From NCBI GenBank assembly GCA_963693055.1, contig OY843751.1, positions 1,370,072 through 1,434,071 of the forward strand: 64,000 nt of DNA. The letters run 5' to 3'. Within the stretch, counting starts at the first letter, position 1. The number at the start of each line of letters is the position of its first letter. The DNA comes from a bacterium. GTDB taxonomy: Bacteria > Zhuqueibacterota > Zhuqueibacteria > Residuimicrobiales > Krinioviventaceae. The position numbers and the translations under genes are program-made. The notes below the pieces were generated by a model that was given only the letters and a program-made list of their open reading frames with translations, did no database searches and was not told the DNA's origin. Below are positions 18,075 through 26,934 of the stretch, one piece after another.

Positions 18075-20000
18075 TTATTTAATCATCATTACTTTTTGTA
18101 TAGAGGAACAATTACCTGCCTGCAAACGCACCAGGTAGGTACCGCTGGGTGCAGCTACCCCTGAATTGGTAGATCCATCCCATTCCACCTGATATTCAGC
18201 GGCGGATTGCTGCTGATTTACCAGTGTTTTAATTTCACATCCGAGTATATCATAAACGATCAGGGAAACATGACTGTCCGTTACCAGTTGATATTTCAAT
18301 GTAGTAGACGGATTAAAGGGATTGGGATAAGCCGCAAACAATTGTGTGGTCATTGGAATTGATTGAACATCTATGGATGTTGTACCAATTTCTGTTTGAA
18401 CTCCGTCTGTACTGACTTCCATCAGACGATAGGTATAACTTGATCCACTGGTTACATTTGCATCGGTTATGCGGTAATGTGACAGGGAGGAGGTTGTGCC
18501 TTGTCCGGTCAGTTCAGAGTGGGTTTGGTAGGATGCGATCTGCTTATAATCGAAATTTTCTGTACTGCGTTCAATGATGAATCCCAGATTGTCTTTTTCG
18601 CAGGCAGTGGACCATGTCAATTCTATAGAGTCTTTATCGTATTTAGCGGTAAAGGATTGCAGCTTGACCGGTAATGCTGTGTCGCTGCCGTTTTGCCATC
18701 CCAGAAAGGGGTAACCGTCATTAATGGTCCCGGAAGGGTCAATGTCCCAAATATCCTGACTGCCATTGGTAATTTCAATACTAAAGTCCCAACCAGCATA
18801 GGTAAATGTGGAAAGCGTTTTCATTTTTTCTGTGGTTTTGGGGGAAGCAGAATTTGTATCGTTTTGTCCTGTGGTTTCAGAATCATAAAAATTTGCACTT
18901 GCTGATATAGTCGTAGCCAGGGTAATGCCACCAGTAACGCTTCCGGTAACTGTACCCTTTGCGTAGCAATAGTGAATTTCGCTTTCCCCGTATACATTAC
19001 AGGCCAGAGCGGTTATCCGGTATGTTCCGAATGTATTTCCTGTTGCATAACAATTGTTAATATCACAATTATCACAATAGCCAATCAATCCACCAATATC
19101 TGCATGGCCAGTAACCTTACCTGTTGCGAAACACTGATTGATATTCGTATCTTTTGTCCAGCCGATCAGTCCACCAAGATAGTCTTGACCACTGACCGCT
19201 CCTGTAGCAGAGCATCTGGTCACTTGGCCATGATTCGTACCTATCAATCCACCTACATTATCAGTGGTGGCATTGACGCTGCCGGAAGCGTGGCAATCTG
19301 TGATTTGCCCGTAAAAACGTCCTGCCAGGCCGCCTATACTGGTGCCATTTTGCACATTCACACTGCTGCTACAGTTACTGATGATGGCATCTACATATAC
19401 GCCACCAATTATTCCTCCGGCAAGTGCGTCAGAACAAGTAACAGTTCCGGATAAAGTACAACCGGATATAGTGGTGTTTTCATAAACAGAACCAACCAGA
19501 CCTCCCACAAATCCATAAGCAGAGATATTTAAGCTTTCCATTTTAATATTATTTAATTCAGCGTTGGTAACATCCCCAAATAAACCGGCATAATTTGACT
19601 CGGGTCTGTTTATATACAGACCCGTGATGGTGAAACCTTGACCGTCATAGGTGCCTTCAAAAGGTGATAAAATAGTGCCAATGGGGCTAAAACCGGCGTA
19701 TCCGCCGTCTCCATCGGGATTCAGGGTTGCGCTTGCAGAGGCGTCAATATTATCGGTTTGTGTAAAGTGACGTGACCAGATAGTTGATGTTGTGCTGATC
19801 CATATCAGATGGTCAAATTCAGAAATAAGATACGGATCATAATATGCACCTGTGCCGGGCGGCTGCGTACCCGCAGCCAATAAAGGGCCTGTAAATGTCA
19901 GAGTAATGCAAAATATAGACAGATATTTTTTACTTTTGAAAAATATTCTGTGGTTTGTGATAAGAAAAGAGTTGATAAAATATGATAATAAAATTTTCAT
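18075..20000 (-). CDS. Secreted GLUG-repeat protein + FN3-like module + T9SS CTD
   Basis: 641 aa. Multiple GGLVG/GGLIG/GGLAG repeats (GLUG motif, as in IgA1-protease-like and Bacteroides surface proteins); module ALPVKLQSFTAKYDKDSIELTWSTACEKDNLGFIIERS; CTD LFAAYPNPFNPSTTLKYQLVTDSHVSLIVYDILGCEIK. Confidence 0.8.
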   Translation of the reverse strand: MKILLSYFINSFLITNHRIFFKSKKYLSIFCITLTFTGPLLAAGTQPPGTGAYYDPYLISEFDHLIWISTTSTIWSRHFTQTDNIDASASATLNPDGDGGYAGFSPIGTILSPFEGTYDGQGFTITGLYINRPESNYAGLFGDVTNAELNNIKMESLNISAYGFVGGLVGSVYENTTISGCTLSGTVTCSDALAGGIIGGVYVDAIISNCSSSVNVQNGTSIGGLAGRFYGQITDCHASGSVNATTDNVGGLIGTNHGQVTRCSATGAVSGQDYLGGLIGWTKDTNINQCFATGKVTGHADIGGLIGYCDNCDINNCYATGNTFGTYRITALACNVYGESEIHYCYAKGTVTGSVTGGITLATTISASANFYDSETTGQNDTNSASPKTTEKMKTLSTFTYAGWDFSIEITNGSQDIWDIDPSGTINDGYPFLGWQNGSDTALPVKLQSFTAKYDKDSIELTWSTACEKDNLGFIIERSTENFDYKQIASYQTHSELTGQGTTSSLSHYRITDANVTSGSSYTYRLMEVSTDGVQTEIGTTSIDVQSIPMTTQLFAAYPNPFNPSTTLKYQLVTDSHVSLIVYDILGCEIKTLVNQQQSAAEYQVEWDGSTNSGVAAPSGTYLVRLQAGNCSSIQKVMMIK

Positions 20001-20146
20001 ACAACATCTCCCTTTCGTTCAAAAGGTTGTCGGTTTGTTATCTATAGCAATATCAAACGTCGAAATTGCTGGAGATGTTTGGGATTATATTCATAAATTA
20101 ATAATAATCCCCCATAAAGGCAACAATGTTTTTAGGGTTGTAGATG

Positions 20147-20770
20147 GGGGAATTTCGACGGATAGAAAAAATTCCCAGACACCGATGAGGTGCCTGGGAA
20201 TAGTAATGTTCTATATGTGAAATAGGGATGGTTTTTATGGAACCTGCGAATTTTTACCACTATTGGGTTTAACCACCAAATAGTCTGTAGCGTTAACACT
20301 GCCATTCATGTTACAGTCAGAGGGATTATAACTCGCTGATCCGCTTTGGCCTTTGACAGTGAGATAGTCGGTCGCGTTTATAATACCGCTGTTATTCGCG
20401 TCTCCACTAAACATACCGTAAATGCCGGTTTCTAACTGTGCAGCGCTGCCGCCGTAATATTTGTCATAGGGTGTTGATTCATCCACGGTAAAATTATAGG
20501 TTGTCAGTGTACCGCTTAAACTCTGTGCTGTGGCGCTCATGATTGCCAAATGATTGCGGTGACGAATGACAATGTAATAGTCGCCCGGTGCCAGACCTGT
20601 GAGGGTGAGGTTGGTTACGGTACCATCGTCCTCAGCCAGATAGCCGTCGCTGCGCAGGATATAAGAGCGGCTGTACACAGCTTCACCATCTACAGTTGAG
20701 CGTAATTCCATACAAACCCAGTCGGTAATGCCTTCGGGGATACTGCCGGCATTACGATTGTCAGAATAGA
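20147..20770. repeat. Near-identical ~0.6-kb duplicated block (copy A) covering the 3' coding end of 20235..22340 plus its terminator
   Basis: 20147-~20770 is essentially identical to 23627-~24250. The encoded C-terminal ~170 aa are nearly identical (NRNAGSIPEGITDWVCMELRSTVDGEAVYSRSY...NSGKNSQVP), as are the 88 bp downstream of the stop. Confidence 0.8.
20161..20200 (-). terminator. Rho-independent terminator of 20235..22340 (inside the duplicated block)
   Basis: Minus-strand RNA forms UUCCCAGGCACC-ucauc-GGUGUCUGGGAA (12 bp, one G.U) followed by UUUUUUCUAUC. Confidence 0.55.
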
Positions 20771-22340
20771 AAGAGGTTGCGGGAATAATGCCTGCCAGAT
20801 TTGTGCCCATATTGTGGGCGCCGCTATCATAGGGGCCTTGCAGATAGACTTTGACGGCAAGCTGGGGCGTTCCTTCGTCAGTGGTAAACGATTTTACATT
20901 GCCATAAAAAGTGCCGTAACAATTGGAACAAAAAGTGCGATGATAATAGGTGGTGTTGGGCGCAAGACTGGTCACTGTGCCTGAAAAAAAGCCAAATCCG
21001 CTGCCCATGGGTGCTTGTTCATCTGCCAGGGTAGGTGTTTTGTTGGTGGAGCTGTAACAAACACCCCGACGAAGTGTAGTGACTCCATTGTATTCATAGA
21101 CATTGCCGCCAAACTCGGCAGTGGTGGCGGTAATGCTTTCCGCGTCGTACGAAGCGATGCAGTAAGGATCAATATAATATGTATCTGAGCTGCCTTTTTT
21201 AATACCCACAATGCCGTCGTCACTGCCCACCAAGAGGTCAACTCTTCTATCGCCGTTCAGGTCGGTTTGGGCCAGAACAGATTTGTCGCCTACATCAATG
21301 TCATTCCAGTTTGTGGTTACTCTGGAAAACGATAATGATGCAATACCGCTTTGCTGATAAAGCTGAATTTGACCGTCAACATTGCCAATAAAAAACTCAT
21401 ATCTAGAGTTATTATCATAATAACAAAACATGGGTGACGGCAGCTCGCCAACGTCAATGGAATTGAAATTATCGCTGACAAGCGTAAAAGTGGTAGATGT
21501 CCCGCTGTCTTGTTGGTAATGGTAAATGGCGCCGCCCAGGTTGCCCACCAGCAGATCGAGGCGGCCATTCCGATCGAGATCGGTAAAAGTAGGTTTAGAG
21601 TACCCACCCACATCAATACCGCTCAGGGCACCGACAAGGGTAAACGACGCGGAGCGGTCGCTGTCTTGTTCAAAATGGCGCAGGGTACCGTCGTCGCGGC
21701 CCATGATCAGGTCAAGCAGGCCGTCATCATCCAGGTCTGTAACCGTGGGGAAATTACAGGTGCCTACATCAATATTGTTAAAGTAAGATGTGATGAGATT
21801 GAATGAAAACGAGTTGATCTCAGATTGTTCATATCGCGATATTCTGCCGTTTTTATTGCCTACCAGCATGTCCAGCAGGCCATCTCCATCAATGTCGGTT
21901 ATGGTGGGGGCGGCGTTTTCGCCCACGTTGATATTGGTCATGTCTGACGTTTCAAATTGTAGTGAATAACCATAGCTGCCCGTACCGGCGCGGTTGGTGG
22001 CGCTGACCCGCCAAAAATAGTAGGTACTGTTGGCGGGCAGATCAACAGCATAGTTTGTGTCTTCTATGCCGGTATATGTTCCCACAATGTCGGTAAATTG
22101 ATAATCATTCGCGATCTGAACGTTATAAGTCAGGGCATGGTCTATGTTTTCCCAAAATAAATAGGCCCGGCAAGAGAGCAGCTCAAGATTGGGATATCTG
22201 GGACCGACCAGTTCAGGCGCCGGACTTGGCGCTCTGGATGTGAGGGATACCGCTCCTGATTCGCCATTTCCCGTTTGTGCAAATGTTGTGCTGGTAAAGG
22301 CCAAAACCCATACTACCAAAAGAACAAATAATTTTTTCAT
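20235..22340 (-). CDS. Secreted FN3 + FG-GAP/beta-propeller repeat protein with dockerin-like C-terminal double calcium-binding repeat
   Basis: 701 aa with signal peptide MKKLFVLLVVWVLAFTSTTFAQ. It has an FN3 domain, repeated FG-GAP-like motifs (DIDGDGLLDMLVGN, TDLDDDGLLDLIMG, TDLDRNGRLDLLVGN), and a C-terminus GDANNSGIINATDYLTVK...DCNMNGSVNATDYLVVK (two 12-residue Ca-loop-like segments each followed by a YLxVK helix start). There is no T9SS CTD. Confidence 0.8.
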   Translation of the reverse strand: MKKLFVLLVVWVLAFTSTTFAQTGNGESGAVSLTSRAPSPAPELVGPRYPNLELLSCRAYLFWENIDHALTYNVQIANDYQFTDIVGTYTGIEDTNYAVDLPANSTYYFWRVSATNRAGTGSYGYSLQFETSDMTNINVGENAAPTITDIDGDGLLDMLVGNKNGRISRYEQSEINSFSFNLITSYFNNIDVGTCNFPTVTDLDDDGLLDLIMGRDDGTLRHFEQDSDRSASFTLVGALSGIDVGGYSKPTFTDLDRNGRLDLLVGNLGGAIYHYQQDSGTSTTFTLVSDNFNSIDVGELPSPMFCYYDNNSRYEFFIGNVDGQIQLYQQSGIASLSFSRVTTNWNDIDVGDKSVLAQTDLNGDRRVDLLVGSDDGIVGIKKGSSDTYYIDPYCIASYDAESITATTAEFGGNVYEYNGVTTLRRGVCYSSTNKTPTLADEQAPMGSGFGFFSGTVTSLAPNTTYYHRTFCSNCYGTFYGNVKSFTTDEGTPQLAVKVYLQGPYDSGAHNMGTNLAGIIPATSFYSDNRNAGSIPEGITDWVCMELRSTVDGEAVYSRSYILRSDGYLAEDDGTVTNLTLTGLAPGDYYIVIRHRNHLAIMSATAQSLSGTLTTYNFTVDESTPYDKYYGGSAAQLETGIYGMFSGDANNSGIINATDYLTVKGQSGSASYNPSDCNMNGSVNATDYLVVKPNSGKNSQVP

Positions 22341-22393
22341 GTTAACCCCTATTATAGTTGTTAATTAATAACATCTTTGTTTATGATCATTGG

Positions 22394-23332
22394 TTAATCT
22401 TTGACCAGGCGGATAGAAAATCCGTAAGTAAAACTTTGATTTGAGCGTGTAATCTCTGTATCGCCGTTGTATAATCCTCGCGTCCATGCGGCCTTTTGGG
22501 GATTCCCAGACAAAACATATTGAGTGGATGACCAAAAATCAGTTGATGATCCCAATAGGGAGCTAATTTTATCGAATCGATAACCACCTGGAAGAGCGGT
22601 AAAACGGCTTTTGTTGGTAGCCCCGGTGTTTGGGCTGTCCCAATGGGTTGTTCCTGTTTCTTTAAGTTTCCCTCCGGCCATTGTACCCCCAAGTGTATTT
22701 TGTAATGTGTTCCATTCGTCATCCGTAGGAACATGCCAGCCGTTTGGAGCTATGCTTCTGCTATCATTTACTGCATACCAATTATATAAATAACCGTATG
22801 TTTCAATAAACGTTACAGCCGATGAATAGCCATAACGTGCACCAGTACTTATGTTCTTCCAAGATGTATTATAGTCAACTTTAGGTATTTCGTCACCATT
22901 TCTGTACTGTGTTTCTTTTAAATTCTCAGCCATCCACCACTGGTCGCCAATCTTGACGGTTTTGTACACCGTGCCGTCGTTGCCGGTCATGGTGCTGAAA
23001 AAATAGTAGAGTACACACACTTTGAACTGGCTGCCACTGGTATTGGGATTGTCCGCGTAAAAGTCCCACACAATGTGCTTGTCTGTGCCCGCTGTTATGT
23101 CCACACCAAGGTCGCCGGAAAGGCTGACGCATTTCAGGTCCCATGTTGCGCCGTTGTCGTTAGAGGCTTCGACTGCAATTTCAGTATTATACCCTTGGGG
23201 ATTGCTGAAATCGTAATAGATGTCGACCATGAAATTGCCGTCTGTGCGTTGTGCCACCCGTATGTTGGAAACCTGGGCGAACAGGCAGCCGGTCAGTGAA
23301 ATCAACAATAAAGCAGTGAATAGTAATCTCAT
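22394..23332 (-). CDS. FISUMP-domain (Fibrobacter succinogenes major paralogous domain, TIGR02145-like) secreted protein/lipoprotein, tandem paralog 1
   Basis: TMTGNDGTVYKTVKIGDQWWMAENL...YGYLYNWYAV...APNGWHVPTDDEWNTLQNTLGG...KLKETG...FTALPGGYR...FWSST...AWTRGLYNG...GFSIRLVKD. Lipobox-like LTGC after the signal peptide. Start placed at the second ATG (GAGGAG RBS). Confidence 0.8.
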   Translation of the reverse strand: MRLLFTALLLISLTGCLFAQVSNIRVAQRTDGNFMVDIYYDFSNPQGYNTEIAVEASNDNGATWDLKCVSLSGDLGVDITAGTDKHIVWDFYADNPNTSGSQFKVCVLYYFFSTMTGNDGTVYKTVKIGDQWWMAENLKETQYRNGDEIPKVDYNTSWKNISTGARYGYSSAVTFIETYGYLYNWYAVNDSRSIAPNGWHVPTDDEWNTLQNTLGGTMAGGKLKETGTTHWDSPNTGATNKSRFTALPGGYRFDKISSLLGSSTDFWSSTQYVLSGNPQKAAWTRGLYNGDTEITRSNQSFTYGFSIRLVKD

Positions 23333-23543
23333 TGTTCTCCTCATTCGTTATGTAAAAACCAATGCTTAACTCTAAATACCCGGGCATTGCTATTCCATAC
23401 TTTTTGTAGGAAATGCTTGTTACGGTATCTGCATCTGCATATTTTTATTCCCTCAAAAAGAACAGGCACTGCTGTAGTATTCAGAACCTAATAAAATGTC
23501 AATGTTGGAAAAGTGTTAGATTGAATTTAAGCAATTTCGCAAT

Positions 23544-23594
23544 ACAGTACCAAGCACACATGTCGCAAAAACCAGTACATATGTCGCATTTGAA
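23544..23594 (-). promoter_or_regulatory. Candidate operator: two direct copies of ACA(C/T)ATGTCGCA spaced 20 bp, upstream of FISUMP gene 22394..23332
   Basis: ACAGTACCAAGCACACATGTCGCAAAAACCAGTACATATGTCGCATTTG; the same 50-bp element recurs at 30054..30103 upstream of another FISUMP paralog. The core ACATATGT is palindromic. Confidence 0.4.
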
Positions 23595-23626
23595 TCGATT
23601 TTTAATGCTTTGGGGGTTGGAGCTGG

Positions 23627-24250
23627 TGGGAATTTCGACGGATAGAAAAAATTCCCAGACACCGATGAGGTGCCTGGGAATAGTAATGTTCTATATGTGA
23701 AATAGGGATGGTTTTTATGGAACCTGCGAATTTTTACCACTATTGGGTTTAACCACCAAATAGTCTGTAGCGTTAACACTGCCATTCATGTTACAGTCAG
23801 AGGGATTATAACTCGCTGATCCGCTTTGGCCTTTGACAGTGAGATAGTCGGTCGCGTTTATAATACCGCTGTTATTCGCGTCTCCACTAAACATACCGTA
23901 AATGCCGGTATCTAACTGTGCAGCGCTGCCGCCGTAATATTTGTCATAGGGTGTTGATTCATCCACGGTAAAATTATAGGTTGTCAGTGTACCGCTTAAA
24001 CTCTGCGCTGTGGCGCTCATGATTGCTAAATGGTTGCGGTGACGAATGACAATGTAATAGTCGCCCGGGGCCAAGCCAGTGAGGGTGAGGTTGGTTACTG
24101 AACCATCGTCCTCAGCCAGATAGCCGTCGCTGCGCAGGAGATAAGAGCGGCTGTACACAGCTTCACCATCTACAGTTGAGCGTAATTCCATACAAACCCA
24201 GTCGGTAATGCCTTCGGGGATACTGCCGGCATTACGATTGTCGGCATGGG
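23627..24250. repeat. Near-identical ~0.6-kb duplicated block (copy B) covering the 3' coding end of 23715..25802 plus its terminator
   Basis: See copy A (20147..20770); identity extends through the terminator hairpin and 3' flank. Confidence 0.8.
23641..23680 (-). terminator. Rho-independent terminator of 23715..25802 (duplicate of 20161..20200)
   Basis: Sequence identical to the hairpin and U-run at 20161..20200. Confidence 0.55.
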
Positions 24251-25802
24251 GAGAAGTTGCTGGTATTTTACCGGCCAAATTCATACGCATGGCGTGCGCG
24301 GCGGTATTATATGTGCCTTGCAGAAAGACTTTGACGGCAAGTCGGGGGTCGCCTTCATCGGTGGTAAATGATCTTGTTGTTCCATAAAAGGTGCCGTAAC
24401 AATTGGACCCAAACGTACGGTAATAATAGGTAGTATTGGGAGCAAGCCCGGTCACAATGTCTGAAAAACTTCCTGACGAACTGCCCATTGAGACCATGTT
24501 GTCTGTCATGACGGGCGGATTGGTGGTACTGTAAATGACACCGCGTCGCTGCACCGGTACGCCATTATGATTAGAAAAACGACCACCCAGTTCAGCGGAT
24601 GATTCGGTTATGTTTTCCGCCGCGTCCGTTGACATGGAAACATCAATACGATAAGTATCTCCTTTTTTAATACCAACAATGCCATCACCACCACCGACCA
24701 ACAGGTCAACGCGTTTATTACCGTCCAGATCGGTTTGAGCCAGTATTGATCTTTCGCCAACATCAATGTCATTCCAATCCGTGGTTGCACTGGAAAACGA
24801 TAATGATGCAATACCGCTTTGCTGATAAAGCTGGATTTTACCGTTTTCAGCACCTATAAAAAGCTCTAAATTATTTCCCGCATCGTAATAACAAAACATG
24901 GGTGAAGAGTCACCGCTGACATCAATAGAATTGAAATTATCACTAACCAAGGTAAAGGACAATGAATACTTGGCGTCCTGTTCGTAATGACGAATGGTGC
25001 CCTCCAAGGTGCCCACCAGCAGGTCAAAGTAGCCATCCAAATCCAGGTCAGTAAAAGTGGGTTTAGACCAAGAGCCCGCATCGATGCCGCTCAAAGCGCC
25101 AATATAGGTAAAGGATGCTGAACGCTCGCTGTCTTGTTCATAATGTTGCAGGGTGCCGTCGCCGCGGCCTATGAGCAGGTCAAGCAAGCCGTCGCCATCC
25201 AGATCAGCAACTGTGGGGGAACTACCAACACCGACATCAATATCGCTAAAATTTGACGTAATGAGGTTTAATGAAAACGAGTTGACAGCCGTTTGTTCAT
25301 AACGGGTCAGTGTACCGTCATGATTGCCCACCAGCATATCTAACAGACCGTCGGCGTCAATATCGGTCATGGTTGGGGCGGCGTAACTGCCCACGTTGAT
25401 GCTGGTCATATCTGATGTTTCAAATTGCAGTATATAACTATATTGGCCTGTGCCGGCGCGGTTGGTGGCACTGACCCGCCAGTGATAGGTGGTACTGTTG
25501 GCGGGCAGATCGGCAGCATACTCTGTTTCTGTTATGCCGGTATATGTTCCTATTATATTGTCAAATTCCCAATCAGTTGCGATTTCTAAGTTATAGGTTT
25601 GGACATGGTCCATGTTTTCCCAAAATAGATAGGCCCGGCAAGATAGCAGGTCTGTATTGGGGTATCTGGGACCGACCAACTCTGGCGAACCGGGAGGCAT
25701 GGAAGTCAGAGACACTGTAGAAGATTCGACGCTACCATTAGCTGTTAAACCGCATACGGCAAATAACAAAAGCATTAAAATTATCATGTTTAAATTTTTC
25801 AT
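23715..25802 (-). CDS. Secreted FN3 + FG-GAP/beta-propeller repeat protein with dockerin-like C-terminus (paralog of 20235..22340)
   Basis: Start moved to MKNLNMIILMLLLFAVCGLTANG at 25802 (AAAGGA RBS); the track ORF extends spuriously to 25964. FG-GAP motifs DIDADGLLDMLVGN, ADLDGDGLLDLLIG, TDLDLDGYFDLLVG; the C-terminal ~170 aa are identical to the paralog. Confidence 0.8.
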   Translation of the reverse strand: MKNLNMIILMLLLFAVCGLTANGSVESSTVSLTSMPPGSPELVGPRYPNTDLLSCRAYLFWENMDHVQTYNLEIATDWEFDNIIGTYTGITETEYAADLPANSTTYHWRVSATNRAGTGQYSYILQFETSDMTSINVGSYAAPTMTDIDADGLLDMLVGNHDGTLTRYEQTAVNSFSLNLITSNFSDIDVGVGSSPTVADLDGDGLLDLLIGRGDGTLQHYEQDSERSASFTYIGALSGIDAGSWSKPTFTDLDLDGYFDLLVGTLEGTIRHYEQDAKYSLSFTLVSDNFNSIDVSGDSSPMFCYYDAGNNLELFIGAENGKIQLYQQSGIASLSFSSATTDWNDIDVGERSILAQTDLDGNKRVDLLVGGGDGIVGIKKGDTYRIDVSMSTDAAENITESSAELGGRFSNHNGVPVQRRGVIYSTTNPPVMTDNMVSMGSSSGSFSDIVTGLAPNTTYYYRTFGSNCYGTFYGTTRSFTTDEGDPRLAVKVFLQGTYNTAAHAMRMNLAGKIPATSPHADNRNAGSIPEGITDWVCMELRSTVDGEAVYSRSYLLRSDGYLAEDDGSVTNLTLTGLAPGDYYIVIRHRNHLAIMSATAQSLSGTLTTYNFTVDESTPYDKYYGGSAAQLDTGIYGMFSGDANNSGIINATDYLTVKGQSGSASYNPSDCNMNGSVNATDYLVVKPNSGKNSQVP

Positions 25803-25855
25803 ACTATCCTTTCTACTTGATTTATACAGGTCTTCAGGAAACCCTTTTTGTAAAA

Positions 25856-26827
25856 TTAATCTTTGACCAACCGTACTGAAAATCCATACCCGGCAATTGC
25901 AGACCGTCTCTGGATACCGGATTCGTAATAAAAAAGCATGCGTATTGTATTTGTAGATGCCCAATATCCGGTTTCATAGCCCAAAGGGGGATAGGAATTC
26001 ATTATACCTCCATCCCAAGCACTTTTGCGAAAAGACCCTGGTGTGGCAGAAAAATGCCAGATGTCAGAAGAACCATATCCATCCATGTACCATCCTCTTG
26101 TAGTTTTTAATTGATTCCCTTGATCCGTGCCGCGATATACACCTCCCTTATTGGCTTCTTCTTCACTCATGCCCATAAACATTTCCAGTTCTATCCAGTC
26201 CTCATCCGTGGAAAGGTGCCACCCGGGAGGGGCAATGTTTCTGCTATCCGCACAAGCATACATATTATATACATAACCATAGCTTTCAGCATAACTTTCA
26301 TCATTGTCATATACACCTCGTGCTCCAATTTCATTCTCGTTACAATCTTGCCATCCCGCAATATCATCCGGGTAAACAATGTCAGAGCCGTCACGGTATT
26401 TTGTTTCTCTTAAATTTTCACGCATCCACCACTGGTTGCCAATTTTAATGGTCTTGTATATCCTGTCGTCATTGCCGGTCATGGTCCCATATAAAGTATA
26501 CAAAATTTGAATTTTGAGCTGGCTGCCGCTGGTATTGGGATGGTCGGCGTAATAGTCCCATACGATGTGTTTGTCTGTTCCGGGTGTAGTCACATATCCT
26601 TTATCACCCGAGAGGCTGGAACATTTTAAATTCCACGTAACGCCATTATCTTCTGAAGCTTTGATTCCGATATCTGCAGCTTCACATACCGGATCAACAA
26701 TGTCATACCATATGTCAACCATAAAAGTGCCATCGGTGCGTTGTTGCACGCGCAGGTTGGTGACCCCTTGCGCCAACAGGCAGCCAACGGTCAAGAGTAA
26801 TGTTGTTACTGTTGTTGAAAATTTCAT
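25856..26827 (-). CDS. FISUMP-domain secreted lipoprotein, tandem paralog 2
   Basis: MKFSTTVTTLLLTVGCLLAQ (lipobox), then an N-terminal Ig-like domain and a FISUMP domain (IYKTIKIGNQWWMRENL...YGYVYNMYA...APPGWHLSTDEDWIELE...GFSVRLVKD). Start at 26827 with a GAGGGA RBS. Confidence 0.8.
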   Translation of the reverse strand: MKFSTTVTTLLLTVGCLLAQGVTNLRVQQRTDGTFMVDIWYDIVDPVCEAADIGIKASEDNGVTWNLKCSSLSGDKGYVTTPGTDKHIVWDYYADHPNTSGSQLKIQILYTLYGTMTGNDDRIYKTIKIGNQWWMRENLRETKYRDGSDIVYPDDIAGWQDCNENEIGARGVYDNDESYAESYGYVYNMYACADSRNIAPPGWHLSTDEDWIELEMFMGMSEEEANKGGVYRGTDQGNQLKTTRGWYMDGYGSSDIWHFSATPGSFRKSAWDGGIMNSYPPLGYETGYWASTNTIRMLFYYESGIQRRSAIAGYGFSVRLVKD

Positions 26828-26934
26828 GATATCCCTCATTTCTGTATCCGGGTTAGCTCTTTAATCTCGCACACACCGGAAATTGACTCTACACTTTTAA
26901 TAATTGTAACTGTACATGACGCGCCACAAATGAA

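Noticed and set aside
19852-20220. Plus-strand ORFs 19852..20220 and 23413..23700 sharing an identical C-terminus (GISTDRKNSQTPMRCLGIVMFYM)
   Set aside because: The shared tail is simply read-through of the duplicated terminator/3'-flank block (20147.. and 23627..) in a non-coding frame; it is not a conserved gene.
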